Shown here: piece after piece, positions 29,498 through 38,402 of the stretch | Layout of the letters: every line of letters starts with the position of its first letter | Numbering within the stretch: position 1 is the stretch's first letter | Assembly: GCA_016934635.1 (NCBI GenBank) | Contig: JAFGSK010000071.1 | Span: 1,294-65,293, forward strand | DNA: 64,000 bases | Reading direction: 5' to 3' | Origin: a candidate division WOR-3 bacterium | GTDB lineage: Bacteria > Hydrothermota > Tepidihabitantia > B3-TA06 | Notes under the pieces: model-generated | The model's database searches: none | Told to the model about the DNA's origin: nothing | What the model saw: only the letters and a program-made list of their open reading frames with translations | Position numbers and translations under genes: made by a program

Positions 29498-29902
29498 ATG
29501 AATAAGCACATCATGACTACCGATCCTGAGTGGTTGGAGAAGGCGTTGCGTTGCTATCGGGATGCCGTAGGTTTTACTTTGGAAGACGATGCGGAATTCG
29601 GATTGCGGGAAGTTGACTTGAGGAGCGGGGTTTCTCTCGTAAAAGCGGCAAGCCGGAAGAGGATCACGGTTAAACAGATTGCCCAGATACTCACAGGCAT
29701 GGGTTTGGGAGCAGCAGGTATATGGATGGTGATCGCGGCGATAATCGATCCTGAGCCTACGAGTAAACTGGGACTCCTCATAGCAGGAGGTGTGATTTTG
29801 ACCCTTACAGGTGGTCTTGCCGTACTGCGTGCATTAGGCCAGCGCTGGAGAATCCGCGGTAAGCCGGGCGGAGTGTTCGATGTCGAGCCGGACAAGGATT
29901 GA
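29498..29902 (+). CDS. Hypothetical membrane protein (two C-terminal TM helices)
   Basis: 134-aa ORF with hydrophobic stretches GLGAAGIWMVIAAII and LLIAGGVILTLTGGLAVL. Preceded by an AT-rich 330-nt spacer. Confidence 0.4.
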   Translation: MNKHIMTTDPEWLEKALRCYRDAVGFTLEDDAEFGLREVDLRSGVSLVKAASRKRITVKQIAQILTGMGLGAAGIWMVIAAIIDPEPTSKLGLLIAGGVILTLTGGLAVLRALGQRWRIRGKPGGVFDVEPDKD

Positions 29903-29979
29903 CCGTATTCTGTCCAATCTCATTGACAGTCGGGTAATGAGAAGTAGACCGAAGTGATATAGGCAAGTTCTCAAGGGAT

Positions 29980-30201
29980 GTGTCATCGACTCTGACCGAA
30001 GTTTCCGTAATAACCGGGGTTTTTTTTCTTCTCATGTTTGTTGAAAGGGCAGGTTTTCCGTACAACTCCGAAGATCGGTATTTTGATTCTGTAGCAGGTA
30101 TAGTTTACCACAAACAAAGTGTCTTCGCTTACGGAGGCTTGACGGTTACTGGTTTCAGTAATACTCGGTTTTTTTGGATTCAGAAGGTCCAAGTTCAGTG
30201 A
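29980..30201 (+). CDS. Possible small membrane protein (uncertain)
   Basis: 73-aa ORF with one hydrophobic helix (VITGVFFLLMFV). No RBS evident. Confidence 0.15.
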   Translation: MSSTLTEVSVITGVFFLLMFVERAGFPYNSEDRYFDSVAGIVYHKQSVFAYGGLTVTGFSNTRFFWIQKVQVQ

Positions 30202-30245
30202 TAAGCTAGATCGGAAAATATGCAACAAGGCACAAGGTCGATAGG

Positions 30246-32273
30246 TTAACCTGATTTCTCTTTAGGCGGACGGGTCGCCTGCTTTAGTATATCTTTTTCT
30301 ATCTTGAGTTTTAATTCCCCGATACGATCCCGGTAGATAGCGGCCTGCTCGAAATCGAGCCTTTCTGCGGTCTGGCTCATCTCGCGTTTCAGTCGGTTGA
30401 TCAACGCGATGGTTTCTTCCTCGTCACGTGGATCGCGTCCAAGATCCATGTCTACTATAGATTTGTGACCGTCTGCGACGCCGGTTGTGGCCATCACCTG
30501 GTCGATAGATTTCCTGATGGTCTGGGGTGTTATCCCGTGTTCTTCATTGTATGTGTTCTGCTTGGAGCGTCTGCGTTCCGCCTCATTCATCGCCGCCTTG
30601 ATGGAGTTGGTCAACTTGTCGGCGTAAAGGATGACCTTACCCGAAATGTTCCGGGCGGCGCGTCCGGATGTCTGGATCAAAGACCGTGTATCCCTTAGGA
30701 AACCCTCCTTGTCCGCATCGAGCACGGCAACGAGCGAAACCTCGGGAAGGTCAAGACCCTCTCTTAAAAGGTTTATCCCAACCAGTACGTCGAACTCGCC
30801 CAGCCTCAATCCTCTTAAAATCTCCACCCGTTCGATCGCATTTACCTCGGAGTGCATGTACTTGACCCGAAGTCCCATCTCGGCAAGGTAGGTGGCAAGG
30901 TCCTCGGCCATCCTCTTGGTCAGGGTGGTTACGAGAGTTCGTTCATTGCGCTCGACCCTTATCCTTATCTCCTCTATCAAATCGTCGACCTGGTTATCAG
31001 TCGGTTTAATGACCATCTCAGGGTCCACCAGACCGGTTGGTCTGACAACAAGATCGATTATCCGATTTTTCGAGTTGATCCGCTCATACTCTCCGGGTGT
31101 TGCAGAGGTATATATGGTTTGTCCAACCAGGCTTTCGAACTCCGCAAACTTGAGTGGCCTGTTGTCTAATGCCGAAGGGAGTCTGAATCCGTGATTAACC
31201 AGGTTTTCCTTCCGGAATCGATCACCCTTATACATGCCGTCTATCTGAGGTATGCCGATGTGGGATTCGTCGATGATGGTCAAAAAATCCTTTGGGAAGT
31301 AGTCTAATAAACACCACGGCCTGGAGCCCGGCTGTCTGCCGGAAAGGTGGCGGGAATAGTTCTCGATCCCGGGGCAGTATCCTACCTCTCGCAGCATCTC
31401 GAGGTCATATTTCGTCCGGGTCTTGAGTCTCTGGGCCTCGAGCAGTTTGCCTTCGTTCTCGAACTCGGCCACCCTTTCTACCATCTCTTTCCTTATCGCT
31501 TCCAGCGCGTCTGTCAGAGAGTGTTCTGAGACCTGGAAATGCCTTGCCGGGAATATCATTACGTTAGCAGGTTCCTCATCGACCTTGCCAGATACAGGAT
31601 TGAACTTCTTTATCGACGTTACCTCGTCGCCGAAGAACTCCACCCTAAGGGCTATCTCGTCGTGGGCCGGCCATATCTCGACAACATCACCCTTGACCCT
31701 GAAAGCGGAGCGCCTCAACTCGTAATCGTTGCGCGAATACTGCTCGGAGACAAGATCTTCAAGCAACTCGTCGCGGTCCAACTCCTCACCCACCCTAATC
31801 ATCTTTATTCGGTTGGCGAACTCTTCGGGTTCGCCGATGTTGTAGATTGCGGAAACCGAAGCCACGATGATAACGTCCCTGCGGGATATGAGCGAAGCGG
31901 TTGCCTTAAGTCGGAGTCTCTCGATCTCTTCGTTGATGTCGGCCTCCTTCTCGATGTAAAGATCGTAGGCAGGCACGTACGCCTCAGGCTGGTAGTAGTC
32001 GTAGTATGAAATGAAGTACTCCACCGCGTTTTCCGGAAAGAACTGGCGATACTCGCCGTAAAGCTGGGCTGCAAGGGTTTTGTTAGGGCTCATCACAATG
32101 GTCGGCTTCTGTACTTGTTCTATTACGTTGGCCATCACGAAGGTCTTGCCCGACCCTGTCACCCCGAGAAGGGTCTGATGCTTGTCACCACGCTTTAGCC
32201 CTTCCACTAACTCAAGAATAGCCTGGGGCTGATCGCCTGCAGGCTTCATGTCAGATACGAGTTTGAAATCCAT
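30246..32273 (-). CDS. uvrB: Excinuclease ABC subunit B
   Basis: Walker A GVTGSGKT, beta-hairpin YYDYYQPEAYVP, helicase motifs, C-terminal UVR domain (QAAIYRDRIGELK). Confidence 0.95.
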   Translation of the reverse strand: MDFKLVSDMKPAGDQPQAILELVEGLKRGDKHQTLLGVTGSGKTFVMANVIEQVQKPTIVMSPNKTLAAQLYGEYRQFFPENAVEYFISYYDYYQPEAYVPAYDLYIEKEADINEEIERLRLKATASLISRRDVIIVASVSAIYNIGEPEEFANRIKMIRVGEELDRDELLEDLVSEQYSRNDYELRRSAFRVKGDVVEIWPAHDEIALRVEFFGDEVTSIKKFNPVSGKVDEEPANVMIFPARHFQVSEHSLTDALEAIRKEMVERVAEFENEGKLLEAQRLKTRTKYDLEMLREVGYCPGIENYSRHLSGRQPGSRPWCLLDYFPKDFLTIIDESHIGIPQIDGMYKGDRFRKENLVNHGFRLPSALDNRPLKFAEFESLVGQTIYTSATPGEYERINSKNRIIDLVVRPTGLVDPEMVIKPTDNQVDDLIEEIRIRVERNERTLVTTLTKRMAEDLATYLAEMGLRVKYMHSEVNAIERVEILRGLRLGEFDVLVGINLLREGLDLPEVSLVAVLDADKEGFLRDTRSLIQTSGRAARNISGKVILYADKLTNSIKAAMNEAERRRSKQNTYNEEHGITPQTIRKSIDQVMATTGVADGHKSIVDMDLGRDPRDEEETIALINRLKREMSQTAERLDFEQAAIYRDRIGELKLKIEKDILKQATRPPKEKSG

Positions 32274-32378
32274 GGAAGAAAATTATAGGCAAGGAAGAAC
32301 CGTTGTCAACTTTTGTTTTCAATTCCATTAAAAGTAATCTGCATCGATAACGTAAGTGTCTACTCGCTGGAGGGAAGG

Positions 32379-32630
32379 TCAGGTACGAAGAATCTCCAAC
32401 ACATCGTTTCTCGTTAAACCGGCTGCACGCAGGATCGCCTGTATGGTTCCCAAAGGGAGATCCTTGCGGTGATACGGAATCGATACACGTATGTGTTTTT
32501 CTTCATGGTGCATTATGACGTGGCTGCCGGAACGGTGGTCTTCGTGAAATCCGACCTTTCGCATAACCTTTATTAATCGGCGTGGTTTCAGCGGGGGGAG
32601 CCTACCCATCTTCCACCGTAATATCTTCAA
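32379..32630 (-). CDS. hicA: HicA-family toxin (mRNA interferase) of a type II toxin-antitoxin pair
   Basis: KPRRLIKVMRKVGFHEDHRSGSHVIMHH...VSIPYHRKDLPLGTIQAILRAAGL matches the HicA/YcfA consensus. Confidence 0.75.
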   Translation of the reverse strand: MKILRWKMGRLPPLKPRRLIKVMRKVGFHEDHRSGSHVIMHHEEKHIRVSIPYHRKDLPLGTIQAILRAAGLTRNDVLEILRT

Positions 32631-32826
32631 CCAGACAATCAGTATCGTCGCAGCATTCCTCGGCGTGTTCGGCCATGCATTTTAGGTGACAGCGGATGGC
32701 GTCTTCGATCATCTGTCTTGCTTCCTTAAGTGTCTCCCCGTACGATATGCATCCGGGAAGGGACGGTACAATCGCTGTGTAACCACCTTCAGGCTCGGGT
32801 CTGTAAAGAATCTTGAAACGCTTCAT
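32602..32826 (-). CDS. hicB: HicB-family antitoxin
   Basis: YTAIVPSLPGCISYGETLKEARQMIEDAI is the HicB/UPF0150 signature. Overlaps the hicA start by 29 nt. Confidence 0.7.
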   Translation of the reverse strand: MKRFKILYRPEPEGGYTAIVPSLPGCISYGETLKEARQMIEDAIRCHLKCMAEHAEECCDDTDCLVEDITVEDG

Positions 32827-32922
32827 CGAAAGCAGTATAGATTCAGCGCATTAGATGTCAACCTAATTGAATCAGAATATTCCAAGATGTTGACCTTTTT
32901 CGTCATCGGCTTAGAATAACGT

Positions 32923-33768
32923 ATGCACGATAAGGCTTTTAAAGAGGAAATAGCCGAGGTAGTCAGGATTGTTTTGAGCGAAGATATCGGTTCAGGCGAC
33001 GCCACGACGCTTGCGACCATCCCGGAGGAATCTTGCAATAAAGCCGTGATCCTGTGCAAACAGGAAGGTGTTTTCGCCGGTATGCCGGTAGTCGAAGAGG
33101 TTTTTTCTCAGGTTGAGGAGAGGATCGAGGTTGATTTCATGGTCAAGGACTCCGACGTTATATCTAAAGGTCAGGAGATTGCAAGGATTTCCGGCCCTGC
33201 GCGCGGCATCCTGACAGCTGAGCGAACAGCACTCAACTTCCTTCAGCGGCTTTCAGGTATTGCCACCTTGACTTCGAGATTCGTAGAGCGAGTCCAAGGA
33301 ACGAAGGCGAAGATACTCGATACCCGTAAGACCACGCCTGGTTTGCGTGTACTGGAGAAGTATGCGGTTCGATGCGGGGGCGGCTATAATCACCGGATGG
33401 GGCTTTACGATATGGTGATGATTAAGGACAACCATATCGCTGCCGCGGGTTCCATTACGAACGCCGTGAAGTCAGTCCTTGACACTCACTCCGACCTGAA
33501 AATCGAGGTTGAATGCAAGTCCTTGGATGAGGTGAAGGAGGCCTTAAGTGTCGGGGGCCTGGACCGCATCATGCTCGATAACATGTCCCTTGATACCATG
33601 AAGGAGGCTGTATCCCTGGTCTCAGGCAGGGTAGAGCTGGAGGCGTCGGGCGGGGTTACACTCGAAACGGTTGCAGGGATTGCGGCAACCGGGGTCGACT
33701 ACATCTCGGTAGGCGCGTTGACCCACTCGGCAAAGGCTTTGGATATATCACTCGAGATCGTTACGTAA
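32923..33768 (+). CDS. nadC: Nicotinate-nucleotide pyrophosphorylase (carboxylating) / quinolinate phosphoribosyltransferase
   Basis: ILDTRKTTPGLRVLEKYAVRCGGGYNHRMGLYDMVMIKDNH ... MLDNMS motifs. Confidence 0.9.
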   Translation: MHDKAFKEEIAEVVRIVLSEDIGSGDATTLATIPEESCNKAVILCKQEGVFAGMPVVEEVFSQVEERIEVDFMVKDSDVISKGQEIARISGPARGILTAERTALNFLQRLSGIATLTSRFVERVQGTKAKILDTRKTTPGLRVLEKYAVRCGGGYNHRMGLYDMVMIKDNHIAAAGSITNAVKSVLDTHSDLKIEVECKSLDEVKEALSVGGLDRIMLDNMSLDTMKEAVSLVSGRVELEASGGVTLETVAGIAATGVDYISVGALTHSAKALDISLEIVT

Positions 33769-33813
33769 CCTTTAACGTACTTTATGCTCTTTCAAGAGAG
33801 GAGGGTATTCTGT

Positions 33814-33841
33814 TTGACATGAATCGATGACCGGTTAGAAT
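33814..33841 (+). promoter_or_regulatory. Sigma70-like promoter, TTGACA-16-TAGAAT, ending 5 nt before the recJ ATG (leaderless transcript likely)
   Basis: TTGACA at 33814-33819, TAGAAT at 33836-33841, ATG at 33847. Confidence 0.45.
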
Positions 33842-33846
33842 CTCGA

Positions 33847-35571
33847 ATGCCGTTTCCTGATTACAATCGCAGAGAATGGGTGATCGAGGATGTCGAGGAG
33901 ATAAAGGTTAAGGCCCTTGCCGGTGAACTCAAGATGCCCTACCTTCCGGCTCTCATCCTTTGGAAGCGTGGATACCGTGACGCCTCATCGGTGGAGAAGT
34001 TTTTAAACCCCCGACTCGAAGACCTTTTTGATCCATTCCTGATACCAGATATGGACAAGGGTATAGAGAGGTTGCTGCAGGCAAAAGCCAGTGGAGAGAA
34101 GGTTCTCGTTCACGGCGACTACGACGTCGATGGGGTTTCGGCGACCGCCCTTCTGGTTAGGGGTTTTGAAAGACTCGGCATCAAAGCAGAGCCTTACCTC
34201 CCTCACAGGATACGTGAGGGATACGGACTGTCCGTGAAATCAATAGACAAAGCAAAAGAGACAGGGGCTTCGTTGATCCTGACTGTAGACTGCGGGACCA
34301 GCGCAATAGATGAGGCGAGCCAGGTCGAAGCATCAGGGCTTGATTTGATAGTTACCGACCACCACGAAGCAGGGGAAGTTTTACCAAAGGCCCTGGCTGT
34401 CATCAATCCAAAGAGAGAAGACAGCGAATACCCGTTTCCCGAACTTGCTGGCGTGGGTGTTGCGTACAAGCTTCTCAAGGGTTTGTATCAGAAAGCAGGA
34501 GAAAGCGCAGGCTCCGAGGACCTCGACCTTGTCGCCGTGGGCACCATAGCCGACGTGGTTCCATTGAGAGAAGAAAACCGTATACTTGCCTGGCACGGAC
34601 TCAAGCAACTCAAGCGAACTCGAAAGCCTGGGTTGAAGGCCTTGCTAGAGGCCTGCAGCGCGGGTGAGCGGATAACCTCCTACAACGTTGCGTTCGGTCT
34701 GGCTCCGAGGCTGAACGCGTCGGGCAGGATGGGTGATGCTAACCAGGCACTCGAGCTTCTTTTGACCGAAGATGATGCGCTGGCGGGGAGTTTGACACAC
34801 GAACTAACCGAATTGAACGAGGTGCGCAAGAAGGTAGAGGCTGAAATCCTTGATCAGGCAATCATCCTTGCCGAGCGTCAGGTCAATGAAGTCAACCCCC
34901 GTGTACTGGTTTGCCATGGTCAGGGGTGGCACGAGGGGGTTATCGGAATAGTTGCTTCGCGGCTGGTTGAGAGGTTCTTCCGACCGGTTGTCATGCTTGC
35001 GTCTTCGGAAGGGATGCTTAAAGGCTCCGCGCGAAGTATCCCAGGCTTCCATCTCCACGATGCCCTTGTAGCCACCAGTGAATTCTTCGAGGACTTCGGC
35101 GGGCACGAGGCCGCAGCCGGTATGGTCATGAACAAAATCAAGCTGAAGCCTTTTATCAAGGCCATCAACGAGTATGCCGAGAAAATACCTGCCGAGATTT
35201 TTCTGCCCAGGCTTCATCTTGATGCCAAGATTGAGCTTGCTGATATTAACGATGCTACAAGGGAATGCTTCGAGAGATTCAGGCCTTTCGGTGAAGGTAA
35301 TCCTGAACCCCTGCTTGCAACCTTTGGCCTTGAGGTCGTGGGGAATCCTCGCGTGCTTGGTCAGAAGCATCTGAAATTTACGGTAAGGAAGGACTCGAAG
35401 GTAGCTCCTGCCGTGGCCTTCGGTGCCTCGGAGTTGATTCTTGAACTGGAATCGGGAAAGAAGGATGCACTTGATCTGGCTTATCGGATAGACGAGGATA
35501 CCTACTGGGGAAAGAAGACCCTGAAGTTGATTGCCGAAGAAGTTCTTGTCAGAGAGAAGAAAGATGACTGA
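33847..35571 (+). CDS. recJ: Single-stranded-DNA-specific exonuclease RecJ
   Basis: DHH motifs VLVHGDYDVDGVSATALL, ILTVDCGTSA, DLIVTDHHE. DHHA1 region. Confidence 0.9.
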   Translation: MPFPDYNRREWVIEDVEEIKVKALAGELKMPYLPALILWKRGYRDASSVEKFLNPRLEDLFDPFLIPDMDKGIERLLQAKASGEKVLVHGDYDVDGVSATALLVRGFERLGIKAEPYLPHRIREGYGLSVKSIDKAKETGASLILTVDCGTSAIDEASQVEASGLDLIVTDHHEAGEVLPKALAVINPKREDSEYPFPELAGVGVAYKLLKGLYQKAGESAGSEDLDLVAVGTIADVVPLREENRILAWHGLKQLKRTRKPGLKALLEACSAGERITSYNVAFGLAPRLNASGRMGDANQALELLLTEDDALAGSLTHELTELNEVRKKVEAEILDQAIILAERQVNEVNPRVLVCHGQGWHEGVIGIVASRLVERFFRPVVMLASSEGMLKGSARSIPGFHLHDALVATSEFFEDFGGHEAAAGMVMNKIKLKPFIKAINEYAEKIPAEIFLPRLHLDAKIELADINDATRECFERFRPFGEGNPEPLLATFGLEVVGNPRVLGQKHLKFTVRKDSKVAPAVAFGASELILELESGKKDALDLAYRIDEDTYWGKKTLKLIAEEVLVREKKDD

Positions 35572-36295
35572 TGCCGACTGGGAGTTGATACAAAGGGGTT
35601 CGTTGAGGTTTTACGAGATGCACCCGGAGAAAGAAATTGATGTCTTTTTAACGACCAGGAATCTTGCGGACGGTGGCACTGATCACGACCTGGGTTTGGT
35701 AAAACAAGTCGAGACCCTGGGTCTGGAATCGAATCTGGTAGTCATGAAGCAGAGTCATTCGACCATGATCGAACGAGTTTGCACACCTGGAGGGATCGAA
35801 GCGGACGGGTGCTTTACTACGGAGTCGAACCTTGCGCTTTCGGTCAGGGTGGCGGACTGTGTACCAATATTTTTCTGGAGTGCCGATTCAGCACTCATCG
35901 GAGTCGTTCATGCGGGCTGGCGCGGTACCGTTAAAAAGATTGCACTGCGGTTTACAGAGAAGGTGGAAAGGGAAGAAGGTGTTGAACCGCACAGGTTGTT
36001 TTATTCTTTAGGTCCATCCATCGGGCTGTGCTGCTACAACGTCGGAAAAGAGGTGCTCGATGCGTTTTCCGAAACGTGGCCGAACGCCCGGGATTTCTTT
36101 ACCAGGCGCAGAGATATGACCTACCTCGATCTCAGGGCGGCAAATAGGTTTCTTTTGAACGCGGCAGGTGCCAGGGAAGGAACATCGCTTGACCTGTGCA
36201 CATCCTGTGAGCGCAGACGCTTCTACTCCCACCGCTCAGAACCGGGCAAGGGGAGGAATTGGGGGATAATAATCCACGAGGACAGGGCTTCTTGA
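35564..36295 (+). CDS. pgeF: YfiH/PgeF family (DUF152, polyphenol-oxidase-like) purine nucleoside phosphorylase / peptidoglycan editing factor
   Basis: ADCVPIFF...VHAGWRGT ... GPSIGLCCYNVG ... CTSCERRRFYSHR. Start ATGACTGA overlaps the recJ stop. Confidence 0.8.
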   Translation: MTDADWELIQRGSLRFYEMHPEKEIDVFLTTRNLADGGTDHDLGLVKQVETLGLESNLVVMKQSHSTMIERVCTPGGIEADGCFTTESNLALSVRVADCVPIFFWSADSALIGVVHAGWRGTVKKIALRFTEKVEREEGVEPHRLFYSLGPSIGLCCYNVGKEVLDAFSETWPNARDFFTRRRDMTYLDLRAANRFLLNAAGAREGTSLDLCTSCERRRFYSHRSEPGKGRNWGIIIHEDRAS

Positions 36296-36325
36296 CAACT
36301 GCCTTCCCATCCCTATTCTCCTGAC

Positions 36326-36979
36326 ATGGGTTCCTCGAGACCGCTGCTGTCCCGTGTTTCGCCGGTGATGCTGATCCTGGTAACGGTCGTTTTTGTAACT
36401 GTGGCGCCGTTCCTCTCAGTATGGATGGAGTTTGCAGGTGCCGGACTTTGCTGTTTCCTGCTTGCCTTACTCGCTGGCACCGGATGGAGGTTCTGGGGCA
36501 GGTACATAAAAATCGCATTGCCGCTCGTTGTAATTGCATTCGCCTTCAACTGGGTCAGCGACTGGATTATGGGCTGGATTTCAACCGGAGTCTTTGACAG
36601 GGAGGTTGCTTTAGCCGCAGTCTGGCCTGCCGTGATTATCGGCTTGCGCTTCAGCATCAGCATCTTCTTCTCACTCCTGCTCGTTCACGTTTGCAGCCAC
36701 GAGGAACTGGTATGGGGCCTGGCAAGGCTTTCGGACAGGATTTTCCGCACACCCGTGGTCGGTGAGGTCATAGCCCTGGCCGTGCTTTCAGTCCCTTTCT
36801 TTGCAGAGGCATTATCAAGGGTAAAGCGTTTCAGGGATATTCCGGCTGCCATTGCAGGTGTGTTTGCCGAATCCCAGCGTATCGTTTCTCATCCTGTAAA
36901 GATAGGCGCGAAAAAGCCGGGCTGGGTTCTTCTTTCCGCGAGTATCGTTGTATTAGCCGCGGCAGTGGTCATAAAATGA
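36326..36979 (+). CDS. CbiQ/EcfT-like transmembrane protein (energy-coupling-factor transporter T component family), tentative
   Basis: Polytopic membrane protein, 217 aa. Loop LRFSISIFFSLLLV...EELVWGLARL resembles the EcfT coupling region. Confidence 0.4.
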   Translation: MGSSRPLLSRVSPVMLILVTVVFVTVAPFLSVWMEFAGAGLCCFLLALLAGTGWRFWGRYIKIALPLVVIAFAFNWVSDWIMGWISTGVFDREVALAAVWPAVIIGLRFSISIFFSLLLVHVCSHEELVWGLARLSDRIFRTPVVGEVIALAVLSVPFFAEALSRVKRFRDIPAAIAGVFAESQRIVSHPVKIGAKKPGWVLLSASIVVLAAAVVIK

Positions 36980-37695
36980 CGAGATTGAAGATGACTGTCG
37001 AATACGACGGCGCCGATTTTTACGGCTGGCAGGTACAGCCTGATAAGGTCACTGTTCAGGGCAAGATAGAGGAGGCGCTCGCTCAAATAACAGGCAAGGA
37101 TATACGCGTCAAAGGGGCTGGCAGGACAGATGCAGGGGTTCATGCTGCGGGTCAGGTTGCCACGCTCGATTATGAAGGAAAGCTTTCATTAGAGAAACTT
37201 GCAGAGGCACTGAATTCGGTTCTTCCTGAAAGTGTTTTTATCAAGGAACTTATCAAAGTCTCACCTGCCTTTGATGTTCGGGCGGATTGTCTTTACAAGC
37301 TATACGTCTACCGGATTGTAACGGGAAAATCTCCACTCAGAAGGCGAACCTTCTGGGAATATCCGTATCCCCTTGACATATCGAGGATGCAGGTGGCCGC
37401 TCGTGCGCTCGAAGGCACTCACGACTATGCCGCGTTATGCGAGGTCGATGGGAAGAGTCCTGAGATAACTGTCGATTCGGTTGAAGTAGAACAACATAGA
37501 GACGAGATAACAATCAGGGTAGGGGGGAAAGGGTTCTTGTACAAGATGGTTCGCAGGATGGCCGGGATTATTGCGGATTGCGGGAGGGGAAAGATTACGC
37601 CTGAGATGATAGAGAGTTTGTTTTCCCGGAATAAGCCGGTGCAGACCGTTACTGCACCGGCACATGGGTTAACACTTGAAGTAATTAAATACTAA
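36976..37695 (+). CDS. truA: tRNA pseudouridine(38-40) synthase
   Basis: TVEYDGADFYGWQVQP ... GAGRTDAGVHAAGQV signature. Confidence 0.9.
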   Translation: MTRLKMTVEYDGADFYGWQVQPDKVTVQGKIEEALAQITGKDIRVKGAGRTDAGVHAAGQVATLDYEGKLSLEKLAEALNSVLPESVFIKELIKVSPAFDVRADCLYKLYVYRIVTGKSPLRRRTFWEYPYPLDISRMQVAARALEGTHDYAALCEVDGKSPEITVDSVEVEQHRDEITIRVGGKGFLYKMVRRMAGIIADCGRGKITPEMIESLFSRNKPVQTVTAPAHGLTLEVIKY

Positions 37696-37705
37696 AGGAG
37701 GATTC

Positions 37706-38365
37706 GTGCAGCTATATCTTGATACCGGCAACATAGACGAGATCAGAGAGATAGCCGGATGGGGCGTGGTGGACGGTGTGACGACCAATCCTTCGCTTTT
37801 GGCAAAAGAGGCGGGCCGAGGTGACTACCGGGCGCTTCTTAAGGAGATATGCGATGTCGTCAAAGGTCCTGTGTCCGCAGAGGTTACGGCAGAAGATGCG
37901 GAAGGCATGCTCAGACAGGCGAAAAGCCTGGTCAATATCTCCGAGCATATAGTCATCAAGGTTCCCTGCATCGCGGAAGGCCTGCGGGCAACTGCAATGA
38001 TGTTCGAGGAAGGCATCCGTGTTAACATGACCCTAGTATTTTCCGCGCTTCAGGCCATCCTGGCCGCAAATGCCGGTGCCGCCTACGTGTCCCCGTTCGT
38101 AGGTCGCCTCGACGATATAGGACACGAGGGCGTGGATGAGGTGGAAAAGATACGAGCCGTCTACGATAACTACGACATCGATACCCAGATCATCTTTGCA
38201 TCTACCCGCCATCCCGAGCACGCGCTCCAGGCCGCATTGATCGGTGCCGACATCTGTACCATGCCTGCAAAGGTGTTCAGGCAGATGGTTAAACACCCTT
38301 TAACCGATTCCGGGATTAAGAGATTTCTTGACGATTGGTCAAAAACCGGCTTTTCTATCGACTAA
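37706..38365 (+). CDS. tal: Transaldolase / fructose-6-phosphate aldolase family (short TalC/FSA type)
   Basis: MQLYLDTGNIDEIRE...VDGVTTNPSLL ... IKVP ... NMTLVFS, 219 aa. Confidence 0.85.
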   Translation: MQLYLDTGNIDEIREIAGWGVVDGVTTNPSLLAKEAGRGDYRALLKEICDVVKGPVSAEVTAEDAEGMLRQAKSLVNISEHIVIKVPCIAEGLRATAMMFEEGIRVNMTLVFSALQAILAANAGAAYVSPFVGRLDDIGHEGVDEVEKIRAVYDNYDIDTQIIFASTRHPEHALQAALIGADICTMPAKVFRQMVKHPLTDSGIKRFLDDWSKTGFSID

Positions 38366-38402
38366 TCTTGTCAGATAACTGATCAGTCGAGTAAACGGTG
38401 TA

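Noticed and set aside
30465-32074. Multiple plus-strand ORFs (60-156 aa) opposite uvrB
   Set aside because: All are antisense to a highly conserved, intact uvrB reading frame.
36132-36663. Minus-strand ORFs 36132..36539 and 36313..36663 overlapping pgeF and the CbiQ-like gene
   Set aside because: They are antisense to supported genes, Pro/Ala/Arg-rich, with no start context.
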